From Selaginella moellendorffii (lineage: Eukaryota > Plantae > Lycopodiophyta): DNA of 64,000 nucleotides. Below, in pieces: positions 50,650 through 61,680 of the stretch. The stretch is from positions 186,001 to 250,000 of the forward strand of contig NW_003314373.1 of NCBI RefSeq assembly GCF_000143415.4, read 5' to 3'. The notes under the pieces are model-generated. The model was given only the letters and a program-made list of their open reading frames with translations, had not been told where the DNA came from and ran no database searches. Numbering within the stretch: position 1 is the first letter of the stretch; the number at the start of each line of letters is the position of its first letter. The translations under genes were made by a program, and so were the position numbers.

Positions 50650-50920
50650 AAAGATCGAGTCCAAGACCGACTCTAGGACCGAGTTCGAGATAGAGTCCGG
50701 AATCGAGTCCAAGACCGACTCGGGGACCGAGTTCGAGTCCGAGTTCGAGACCGAGTTCGAGACGGAGTCCGAGATCCGAAATCGGGTCTGAGACCGAGTC
50801 CGAAGTCGAGTCCGAGGTTGGGCCCGAGATCGGGTCCGAGATCGAGTCCGCGATCGAGTCCGAGACCGAATCCGAAGTCGGATCCGAAATCGGATCCGAG
50901 ATCGAGCCAGAGACTAAGTC
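50650..50920 (+). repeat. GAGTCC/GAGACC/GAGATC hexamer array within the LTRs (also 57035-57290, 50435-50557, 58076-58160)
   Basis: Direct reading; the LTRs differ by one 12-nt unit here. Confidence 0.9.
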
Positions 50921-51765
50921 CAAATACTAATACGGGTCAAGGGGTGAAAGCCCAAAGCGTGCGTCCCCCAGGGGGGGGGGGCTGCAGGGGGTTCCAAAAG
51001 TATAGTAGGGATAGTGAGGTCCAGGAACCAGTTTAGAAGGGACTCTCCAGTGGGGCTCCCAAACTGACTTGAGGTTGGGACTGGGACCGAGGGGCCTTGG
51101 GTGGGAGTGAGCATGGACTTGGTTGGTGCCGGAGGGGCCATCCAAGGAAGTGCTCAAGAGCAGCTCCCACTCCCGAAAGGGAAACCGATTGCGGTGCTCC
51201 CGGCTCATGTGGAGTGGTGCCCCACTTGAGTACCATGTGGCTCATTGGTCCTCGCCCTTCCTAGGGGCTTGGGCCTTCCTTCGGGATGGAAGTGGGGGGC
51301 GAGAGGTACCCATGCCGGGCCGTTAGGCCACGGTGTTTCGCCCCGGCGTCCCGAAGCAAGTGTTGCACTCAAGACTTGGGATTTAGAGGGTCCCATGATC
51401 AAGTCTTGTGGTACCAAGGGATGTTAGGAACCTGGAAGCTTGGTGTGCTTGGCTGCTTGTGCTTGCGGGGAGTGTAGCCGAACCTTAAGTCCAGTCTAAC
51501 CCGGGGAGGGGGATTGGGAGTGATTTGGGGAATCCGTGGAAGGATGGCTAACGCTCCATTGCTCGTGCAGTGAGTAGCTGAAACCAAGTAGGAGCTGGTA
51601 CCATAGGCGAGAACCTTGGCAAGGGAACTTAGCAAAAGCCAAGGCAGTGTTGGACGGATAGACGAGGTAAGCTGGCAAATTGGAAAGGAAAAATTTGTGG
51701 CTTACAATTTGGTATCGGAGCCTTTATCTCAGTTCTAGCGAAGGATAGAGGCGGATTGCTGGGAG

Positions 51766-54700
51766 ATGGCAAGGGCAGGGCGTAAGCGAACCCAGGCGGA
51801 GACGGAACCTCCGCCGGAGCTGGAGCCTCTGGTTGAACAAGAGGCTATGGATGAGGAATCCTTGCATGAGGGGGACTCCAGTGAGGAAACTTCCAAACAG
51901 GAGTCCGGTGGCGAGGTTCGGTCGTCCAAGGCTCGATTGGACGTGCTAGAAGGACAGTTGGCACAGACCAATGCCCTGCTGGAGACTCTCGTACGCGAGT
52001 TAAAGCGTGACGAGAAGCGGAAGAAAAAGCGAAAGACTGCGGATGCTGGCAGCGCAGAAGGTGCGGACCCTTCGGCAGGGACTGAGGCAAAACCAGACAA
52101 GGTCGAACAGACCGAAGTGGAATCAGTCCCTCAGGCAGTTCCCAAGTACAAACCAAAGCCCCCACCGGTGTTCAAGGGAGTGAACGACTATAAGGTTGTG
52201 GAGGATTGGTTTTACGATATGGAGGACTACTTCCGAGCATTGCGGTTACCGAGCTCGGAGAAGGTCCCATGTGCAAAACCATACTTGGCAGATAATGCCA
52301 AGTCTTGGTGGAGAACAACGGAGGCCAACGAAGGACCGGTGGCCACCTGGGACATGATGAAGGCGAGGATCCGCGCGACATACGTTCCTCCGAATGCCAC
52401 TCTGCATCTGAGAGATGAGTTGAGTAGGCTGAAGCAAACTGGAACCATCCAGGAATATGTGAATGGGTTCATGGCAAAGAGGATACTTGTCACGGACATG
52501 GGGGATATGGATGCGTTCCATGCCTTTATATCAGGTTTGCAAACCTGGGCTCGCGGTGAGGTGATGCGCTGGAACCCGACCAACTACAAGGAAGCGTTGG
52601 ATGCGGCCATCAAGGTGCATTTCAACGATAACCTGCGAAAGGGGAACACGACGGGGTCGGGATCCACGTTTCACAAAGGGGCCAAACCGAGGGGAACATA
52701 TAGCAAGGGGAAATTCAAGAAGAGTTTCTCTAAGAATGAGTCCTCGGGGTTCCGGAAAGGCAAAGCCGGTGGCCAGCGAGCGAGTACGTGGGGAAGTCAA
52801 GCGAAAAAAGACAAACCCACGGATAAGAAGGTCAAGTCGTATAGCAGCGTGGGCAACAACGTATGCTATAACTGCGGCGAAGCGGGACACTTCTCGAGGG
52901 AATGTCCCTACCCGAAGAAGGCCAGAGCCAATATGGCCATCAAGTCGGGTGAAGTCCAAACTGAGGTATGTGATCCAGTCCCTAACTCAAAGTTACTCAT
53001 TACACGAGCAACTTTGGTAGAGAGTCGTTCGCGACATCTACTAGCCCTCCGAGGGAAGCTCGGAGGTAGCTTTGTTAAGATCCTTATTGACACGGGTGCT
53101 TCGGATAATTTTGTGGCTGCAGACATAGTCCGGCAAGCCGGACTAACGGTGCAGCGGCTAGGCGAACCAAGGACTATAGAGTTTGTTCAAGGTAGCCAAA
53201 GCACCGATGAGGTACTTCGACAAGCGAGAGTCGAAGTGGGGACATGGAAAGTGGACATGGATTTCACCGTCTTGGACATGGCGGGATTTGACGTGATCTT
53301 CGGAATGGATTGGTTTAATCGGTTCGTGGTAGCCCTACATGGACAAGGTAGGAACCTTGTGGTATTGGCGAATGCCCAAGGAAGAAGATCTAGGGTGGAA
53401 GCCCAGGATCTAAAGGTAGGGCAAAGCAAGGCCAAAGAGTCATGCTTAAACCTGGTGTCCACGAGAGGACAACTCACTAAAGGAACTAAGGCAGCCTTTT
53501 TGTGCTTACTCTCGGTGAAGAGTGACAAAAAGACAAGAACGGAAGAAGTACCTTTAGTGATCCAGCAGGTGCTGGACCAATTCCAGGATACGATGCCGGA
53601 GGAGCTACCGGCGGGGTTGCCCCCCGCACGACCGATAGAACATAAGATTGAGCTGGTCGAGGGTGCTGAGGCGGTGGTTCGTCCACCCTATCGATTGAAC
53701 GAAAAAGAACTCAAGGAGCTCAAGAGCCAACTAGAGGAGTTGGTGGACAAAGGGTATGTTAGGTTGAGCAAGTCGCCGTATGGGGCGCCGGTGCTATTTG
53801 TGAAAAAGAAAGATGGATCTATGCGCATGTGCATAGACTACCGGTTGCTCAACAAGTATACCAAGAAGAACAAGTACCCTTTGCCAAGGATCGAGGACCT
53901 GTTCGATAGGTTGGGAAAGGCAAAATACTTCTCGAGGATTGACCTAAGGTCAGGATACTACCAGATCAGGGTAGCTGAGGAAGATGTCGAGAAGACAACC
54001 TGTCGAACGAGGTATGGGAGCTTTGAGTTTTTGGTGATGCCCTTTGGGCTGTGCAATGCGCCGGCAACGTTTTCGGCGTTGATGAACCACATCTTTGTAC
54101 CCTATCTGGATCGCTTCGTGGTCGTCTATATTGACGACATCCTGATCTATAGCGAGACGCTAGAGGAGCATGCCGAACACTTGGCGAAGGTGTTTGAGAA
54201 ACTAAGGGAACACAAACTGTATGCTAAAGAGAGCAAATGTGACTTTGCTCAACAAGAGGTAAAGTTTCTCGGGCATGTGGTGGGCCAGGACGGGCTCAAG
54301 GTGGACCCGGAGAAGGTCCAAGCGATCCAGGAATGGGAACGACCATCGAATGTACATGAGTTGAGGGCGTTCCTGGGGCTATGCAACTACTATCGAAAGT
54401 TTATCAGACACTATTCGAGAGTAGCCCTGCCCTTAACGGACCAAACAGGAAAAGGGAAGATGGTATGGACAACGGAATGCGAGGCAGCATTCGTCCACCT
54501 CAAAGGGAAGTTGAGGAAGGCTTCGGTGTTGGCCTTACCAGACTTTGGTAAAGACTTTGAGGTAGACACGGATGCTTCGGACTTTGCGTTGGGCGCGGTT
54601 TTGAAGCAAGACAACCATCCAGTAGCGTTCTTCTCGAAGAAGCTGGACAAGGCTCAACGGAAGTGGCCTGCCCACGAGAAGGAATTGTTTGCGGTGGTCA

Positions 54701-56537
54701 AGGCGCTCAAGGAGTGGCGACACTACCTTGGGAGACACTTCAAGGTTTACACGGACAATGTGGCAACGAAACACTTCTTGTCACAGCCCGACCTAAGGGG
54801 AAAACAAGGTCGGTGGGCCAATGCCTTGGCCGAGTTTGATTGCGAGATCCTGTACAAGCCTGGGAAGAGCAACATCCTGGCAGATGCGCTCAGTCGAAAA
54901 GCGAGCTTGAAGTTGGCGATATCTAGCGCGACAGCAACCTTTTGGGACGATGTGCGGACCGCATACGAGAGTGATGGTCTAGCACGAGAAGTGTTGCTGA
55001 GGAATCTGGAGGCGCGGGAAGCTCACCAGAGAGGTGAGCTGCCAACGGAAGAGAAAACGGGCTATGCGGAACGCAACGGACTCATATATTACAAGTAAAC
55101 GAGGGTGTATGTTCCAGAAGGGGAACTAAGGAAGGTAGCCTTGGAAGAGTGTCATGACGGACCTCTTGCGGGACACGGCGGAGTGCCCAAGACGATGGGC
55201 TTACTCAAAAGGAAGTATCACTGGCCAGATATGGCTAAGGATGTCCAAGACTATGTAAGACATGTCCAACATGTCAGCAGGTCAAAGCCGTGACGAAGGC
55301 TAGTGGGGGCTTGTTGCAAAGCATCCCCATTCCAGATCGTCCGTGGAAATGTCTCACGATGGACTTCATCACGGGACTACCCCCAAGCGAGGGGTTCGAT
55401 GCGATATTTGTGGTGGTGGACCGATTTTCAAAGATGGCACATTTCATACCCACCACAACGGATGTGGATGCGGAAGGTGTGGCGAAGCTGTTCTTCGAAC
55501 AAGTGGTTCGAGTGCGGGGAAGGCCGGAAGAGATTATCTCAGATCGAGATAAGATCTTCACCAGTAGGTTCTGGAGGACACTCCTAGAACAGTATCGCAC
55601 CAAGTTGAAATTCAGCACGGCCTATCACCCACAGACAGGTAATGGGTATTGAGTCAAGATTGATGGCACTAACACTTCTTGACAGACGGACAAACGGAAA
55701 GGGTGAATAGACAGCTGGAGGATTATTTGCGATGCTATGTCTCGGGAGACCAGACCGACTGGGTAAGTCATTTGGGACTTGCGGAAATGTGTTATAACAA
55801 CTCACCACATTCGAGCATCGGGGTGAGTCCATGGGAAGTCATCAATGGGCGAGCTATTGAAGGTCCTGTGGAACTCGGCGTGGCCGAGTATCATGGAGAG
55901 TTACCCGCAGTGGAGGCATTCACAGCGGAAAGACTCAACATTTGGAATCTAGTGAGGGATTCCTTGGAACGGGCTCAACAAAGGCAAACTAAGTACGCGA
56001 ACCAAAAGCGTCGAGATGTGGAGTTCCAAGCTGGGGAGAAGGTGTGGCTGAACACCAAGAACCTCAGGCTACCAAGTGGGATCAGCCGGAAGTTGACCCA
56101 AAGGTAAAAATGCATGTATTCCTGTAAATGAATTGATCTTGAGTTCCTTAAGCAGGTTCGCGGGGCCTTACGAGATTGAGGCTCGAATCGGTAAAGTGGC
56201 TTACCGTCTCCGACTTCCTCGAGAGATGGGGAAGATGCACCCCGTGTTCCACGTGAACTTACTCAAGCCGTATTTTGAGGATCCGCTTCGCAAGGACCAA
56301 GTAAGACCTTTACCTGAGGTTATCCAAGGGGAGGAGGAATACGAAGTCGAGGCCATCCTCAATGCGCGCAAGAGCAAGCGACAAGGACGCGAGGTGAGAG
56401 AGTTCCATGTGAAGTGGAAAGGATTTCCACACTGCGAAGCAACATGGGAACCGGAGGAGAACCTAGCGAACGTGCGAGATCTAGTGGAGGAATTTCTGCA
56501 TGGCAGAACTCTATGTACTTATGCAAAGTTCAATTAA
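51766..56537 (+). CDS. Gag-Pol polyprotein (Gag, CCHC knuckle, protease, RT, RNase H, integrase, chromodomain), interrupted by predicted introns; this copy also has a stop and a frameshift
   Basis: [62 protein letters not shown]|GQTER, R|FAGPY, chromodomain YEVEAIL...[19 protein letters not shown] at 55096-55098; 1-nt deletion ~55258. Confidence 0.95.
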
Positions 56538-58080
56538 AAGTATCAATTTGAGAAGTTGAGCAATGGCATATGTTGGGACCCGAAGGCGCGCCGAAGGTGA
56601 GCTAATTAGCATGGGTTAGCTAGGTCAACCAGGCGTAGGGAGCTACGCCCGACTCCCTGCGGGGATGTCGAATCCGTAGACGTATTCTACGGAGGTTGGG
56701 TTTGAGTCCCAACCCCCTAGTAAAGCAAGGCTGGGTTCAAGTCCCGACCCCATACTAGGGCGTGGTGAGGGGTGGAGTATAGGGACACCTATATTCCGTT
56801 GTCATGAGCTCTTGGCCGGGGAGGCTAACTTAGGCACACCGCTAAGTGGGGGGATGCCCCCGGAGACATGGTCAACAAGTCGTAGGATAAAAAAGAGACG
56901 TTCGATGTGGGCATCGAACTTCTTCTATGGGTGGTGGAGTTGTAAGGAACCAACTCGCCGAGGTGTCGTAGGCTAAGGGAACCCCGAAAGCATGACCAAA
57001 ATGACAAAGAGTTCATCGGATGGGACCAAGTCAAAGATCGAGTCCAAGACCGACTCTAGGACCGAGTTCGAGATAGAGTCCGGAATCGAGTCCAAGACCG
57101 ACTCGGGGACCGAGTTCGAGTCCGAGTTCGAGACGGAGTCCGAGATCCGAAATCGGGTCTGAGACCGAGTCCGAAGTCGAGTCCGAGGTCGGGCCCGAGA
57201 TCGGGTCCGAGATCGAGTCCGCGATCGAGTCCGAGACCGAATCCGAAGTCGGATCCGAAATCGGATCCGAGATCGAGCCAGAGACTAAGTCCAAATACTA
57301 ATACGGGTCAAGGGGTGAAAGCCCAAAGCGTGCGTCCCCCAGGGGGGGGGGCTGCAGGGGGTTCCAAAAGTATAGTAGGGATAGTGAGGTCCAGGAACCA
57401 GTTTAGAAGGGACTCTCCAGTGGGGCTCCCAAACTGACTTGAGGTTGGGACTGGGACCGAGGGGCCTTGGGTGGGAGTGAGCATGGACTTGGTTGGTGCC
57501 GGAGGGGCCATCCAAGGAAGTGCTCAAGAGCAGCTCCCACTCCCGAAAGGGAAACCGATTGCGGTGCTCCCGGCTCATGTGGAGTGGTGCCCCACTTGAG
57601 TACCATGCGGCTCATTGGTCCTCGCCCTTCCTAGGGGCTTGGGCCTTCCTTCGGGATGGAAGTGGGGGGCGAGAGGTACCCATGCCGGGCCGTTAGGCCA
57701 CGGTGTTTCGCCCCGGCGTCCCGAAGCAAGTGTTGCACTCAAGACTTGGGATTTAGAGGGTCCCATGATCAAGTCTTGTGGTACCAAGGGATGTTAGGAA
57801 CCTGGAAGCTTGGTGTGCTTGGCTGCTTGTGCTTGCGGGGAGTGTAGCCGAACCTTAAGTCCAGTCTAACCCGGGGAGGGGGATTGGGAGTGATTTGGGA
57901 ATCCGTGGAAGGATGGCTAACGCTCCATTGCTCGTGCAGTGAGTAGCTGAAACCAAGTAGGAGCTGGTACCATAGGCGAGAACCTTGGCAAGGGAACTTA
58001 GCAAAAGCCAAGGCAATGTTGGACGGATAGACGAGGTAAGCTGGCAAATTGGAAAGGAAAAATTTGTGGCTTACATGGAG

Positions 58081-58116
<36 letters not shown>

Positions 58117-60543
58117 TCCGAGTCCGAGTCCGAAATCGGGACCGAGACCGAATCCGAGTCCAAATATTAATACAGGCAGTTGGGTGAAAACCCAAAGCAA
58201 TCCCCCCGGGGGGGGGGGGGGGGGGGGTGGCAGGGGTTTCCAAAAAGCCTAATAAGGAAAATGTGGGGGTTTGGAGCCTAGTGGAGCCAGTTTGGCCAGG
58301 AAAGGCCAGTTTGGCCTAAAAAGGCCATGCCCAGTGTTGGGTGATGAATTGACTACTAAGAAGTCCAAGACTAGAGTGAATACGGACCGACAAACGGGGT
58401 AGCTTGGCGAAGTGTTCAAAAGCTGGCTCTAGTTCCCCCGGAAGATTGACTGGCTGATGCTCTCAGTCCAAGTGTGGGTGGCACTACCTACTTGGATACC
58501 TCGCGTGGCTCAACGGAACCTTGCTCTAAGCCCATGGCTAGAGCACCCAAAGGCGGAAGGCGGGGAGAGTACCCATGAGGCCCGCGTAGGGCCACGGTGT
58601 TCCGAAATGTTGTCCCAAAGGCCTAGATTGTGGAAAGGAAGAGGAGTAGCCCTCTGGTGTGGTGACCAAGGATACAGTCAGGTGGTGAGGAAGTCCCAAA
58701 GGACCGTGGGACTTAGTGGTCGGGCCTGTGGGCCTCAATCCAGTGGTAGTGTTGGCGAACATGGCTATGGGTAGAAAGGGACTTGGTGGGGAATGGAAAA
58801 AGGATATTGGGGAAGGCTCTTCCCCATGTCTGTGGGCATCCTATGGATGCTAAGGAGTGGATCTAGGATGATCACTCATGGATGGATGGCCCAGTCTTTG
58901 ATAGACGGGACCGTGATGTAGGTGGTGTCAAACCACCAGGTGACCAAGGTGAATGGGCATAGCCTTAGCATAACGGGCTGATGTGTCGGTGGTACCTTGA
59001 GGTGTTGGTTGTGGGATCAGACACGTGGAGCACTTAAACCAAGTGCAATGGTTGAGTGGCATGGATGCCATTCTTGGGGCTAGCAAGTCCCTAAGTCCAA
59101 AATGGGACTTACGGAGGTTGTGAGTGAGACTCCTCCAAGTGGTCGGAGGTGTGGTTAAGTGACTAAACTAAAATGGAAAATTTAGTCGCTTACAGTCTTC
59201 TCCTCTAACTCTAGAGCAGCAATTAGTGCAATTGCTTGATGCTATGCGATTGCAATTGAACAATCAAACTCAATTGATGGCGGCATTCACGGCATGTGAT
59301 ATAGCTCCTCCTGCTCTTGGTGCCAATCCTCGCGTTTGGTTAGAGTTCTTTCATGGGAATCCTAGGAATGATGTGTACTATTGGTTCGATCACTTCACAG
59401 TGATTGCCACCTATCATTCTTGGGATGATGCTTGACGTTTACGTGAGTTTCCCACATGGCACTGCAATGGTACAATGGTTTGAGTGTAGCCACTCATGGG
59501 GACTAGAGTGTTCTCTTCAAATGCATATTTGGACATGTTAACGATTGTGATGATACCTTCCAACAATTGTATCATCTTTGTTAAGAGCCATCTAAGTCGC
59601 TGATACAAGTTTCCAAAACCTTTTATTTTGTGTAGAGCTAAATTTGTCAAAACGGATCAAGTTAGGAATGTTATGGCCAACACTTTGTCAAGATTTTGTC
59701 GGACTTGTGTATGCACTTGCTCCAACCACCCGTGACAATGCTTTTCGTTTGGCACAATGTTATAAGACATCACTTCTTCAACTTTTTGCTACACGTCCTT
59801 CCACTCCACTTCTTGTGGGCGATGGTCCTATTCTAATGGAAGTTGATGCTGCTGCTACTCAAGTCCAAGGACAAGGGCGAGGTTGTGGTCATGGCCGAGC
59901 ATAGCGCAAATCTTCATTTCTGGCACACTCCCTCACCAGCCCTGCCTATGGTGTTGCTCACGCACTGCGCAGAAGTGAGTTGATCCTGAAAGGAGCCTGG
60001 ATTGTATGCCCGACTACCATTCTACTTGCCCTTGTTATCCTTGTGAGCACCTCCTCTAGGAGCTTACAAACGCACAGACTCTCACGGGAATGCCCACACA
60101 ACCACATCTGAGCAGAGCAGCAATGGAGCCGTGCATGGCATAACACCTATCGCCACACCCTCTTTCCTTCCCGGCCACACATGCATCTTACCCATTGGCC
60201 GCCACAACATTAAGTTGATATTCCCACTAACCATGGCCACCAGCCCTGGCCCGGGCCTGGGGTGGCCTCCCCTTCCCAAGAACCATGGCTTCCAAAGCTG
60301 CCCCAAGCCTAGGATCGGACGGCTGGATCCTATTGGGCCCTTCGTTCTTATTATTATAGATAAATAGATAGATATTTACACTTGTGATGTTGTGTGTGGA
60401 CACGCACATCCAGCTGACGCACCACATTGTAATCTTACACGTTTAAAACACGAGCGGCCAGCTGGAAATACAGAGCTGCATGAGTAAATGTGCGCCTGGA
60501 TCAAGTTTCGCATTACTACGATCTATAGCAAGAAGAGTGTAGT

Positions 60544-61680
60544 ATGTCGGCCTCTGGAAATACAGAAACCTCAACAATGAGAGGGATCCCAGTTGGTGTT
60601 CTTGTAGAAGGCCATACTCCCGAGCAGCGTTCTCCTCATCCGTTTCGAATTCCTCATGTCTTCGTTCCTTTCGACAGCAGCTGCGCTGCATTGTCAATGC
60701 TGCTCAAAGGCATTCAGAGCCAAAAGGCAGACATTGAGCATGCACTGCACCAGAGTGGAGCTGTCCTTCTTCGTGGATTCGAAGTACTCACTGCCTCAGA
60801 TTTCAACGATGTACTTGAAGCCTTCGGGTACGATAATTTCGTCTACAATGGTCGTGGGGGACATAAGAAAGCCATCATTGGAAGGGTTGTCACGGCTAGC
60901 GAATTGCCTGTGCATTTTCCTATAGGTTTCCACAACGAGATGGCATACGTGAGTGTTGCTTTCCACCTTGGCAATTATATATACTCATGCTTCGTTTTTC
61001 CTGCTTGTAGCAACTCAAGACACCAAGCAAGGTGATGTTTTATTGCGACATTGAGCCTCCTGACGGTGCCGGAGGCGCCTCACCCATCGTCCAGGGCCAC
61101 ATTGTATACCAAAGGCTCAAGAAAGAGATGCCAGAATTTCTGAAGATGGTTGAGGATAAGGGGCTTACTTACATCAACACTCTGTCCAACGATCCATCAG
61201 CAAAGGATAGCTGGCAAGAAGTGTTGCAAGCATCTACCAAAGAGGAAGCGGAGAAGAAGTAAGTCTTCCTGATTCGTAATTTGCTTCGATAACTTCACGG
61301 TCTCATTCGCAATCAGGGCTAGAGAAGGGAACAATCGCATTGAGTGGAATCAAAACGGCACAGCATCTCTTTTCATGGGACCAAGAATTGGAACAAAATT
61401 TTGCAAGTCAAACGGAAGAACGGTTTGGTTCAACAGCATTGGTGCAACTTACGAGCTCATGCTCATCTCCCCACCTGGAGAACATGGAATAAGCTTTGGC
61501 GATGGCACTCCTTTGAATGAAAAGTTTCTCGCAGCTTGCAACAGGATAATGGAAGAGGAAAAAGTTGCATTCAAATGGCGCAAAGGAGATGTGCTCATCA
61601 TCGACAACGATGCTGTTTTACATGCAAGGGAACCATCGAAACCACCACGAAAAATTCTTTCAGCATTAGCTGCCAACTAA
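60544..61680 (+). CDS. TauD / clavaminate-synthase-like 2-oxoglutarate/Fe(II) dioxygenase (At3g21360-like), 3 exons
   Basis: SGAVLLRGF, IGFHNEMAY (HxE), MFYCDIEP..GGASP, WFNS, FGDGTPL, WRKGDVLIIDNDAVLHAR. Introns 60949-61010 and 61259-61316 keep frame. Confidence 0.9.

Larger units (their letters stand above)
50558..58075 (+). mobile_element. Young full-length Ty3/gypsy chromovirus LTR retrotransposon
   Basis: LTRs 50558-51706 and 56941-58075 (TGTAAG...CTTACA); by eye 3 transitions and 14 nt of indels apart. TSD TGGAG. PBS TGGTATCGGAGCC (tRNA-iMet-like) 51710-51722. Purine-rich tract before the 3' LTR. Confidence 0.97.
50198..59194 (+). mobile_element. Middle layer: solo LTR (~1.47 kb; 50198-50557 + 58081-59194) interrupted by the young element
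   Basis: TG...CA ends, 5-bp TSD GTCTT (50193-50197 and 59195-59199). Hexamer array and C/G tract resemble the young element's LTR. Confidence 0.88.
49812..59904 (+). mobile_element. Oldest layer: degenerate LTR retrotransposon 5' part (short LTR 49812-49979, PBS-like site, gag remnant split by later insertions)
   Basis: TGTGAG...CTCACA termini followed by TGGTAG. Joining 50179-50197 to 59200 onward gives MAK**SSPLTLEQQLVQLLDAMR...FHGNPRNDVYYWFDHF...WDD and GPILMEVDA, which is gag-like. Confidence 0.65.

Noticed and set aside
50648-50923. Repetitive ORFs (SDPISD.., LGLELG.., ETETET)
   Set aside because: Translations of the LTR hexamer arrays.
55095-55280. GTAAAC (55095) and GTAAGA (55255) as further introns
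   Set aside because: The protein aligns without insertion across both sites, and removing 55255-55280 would be only 26 nt and delete the CxxC. Better explained as a point stop and a 1-nt deletion.
56694-56760. tRNA gene
   Set aside because: Only T-arm-like hairpins are present; no D arm, anticodon arm or acceptor stem was found.
60042-60438. Possible additional LTR (TGTGAG...CTTACA)
   Set aside because: No matching TSD and no evident similarity to 49812-49979.
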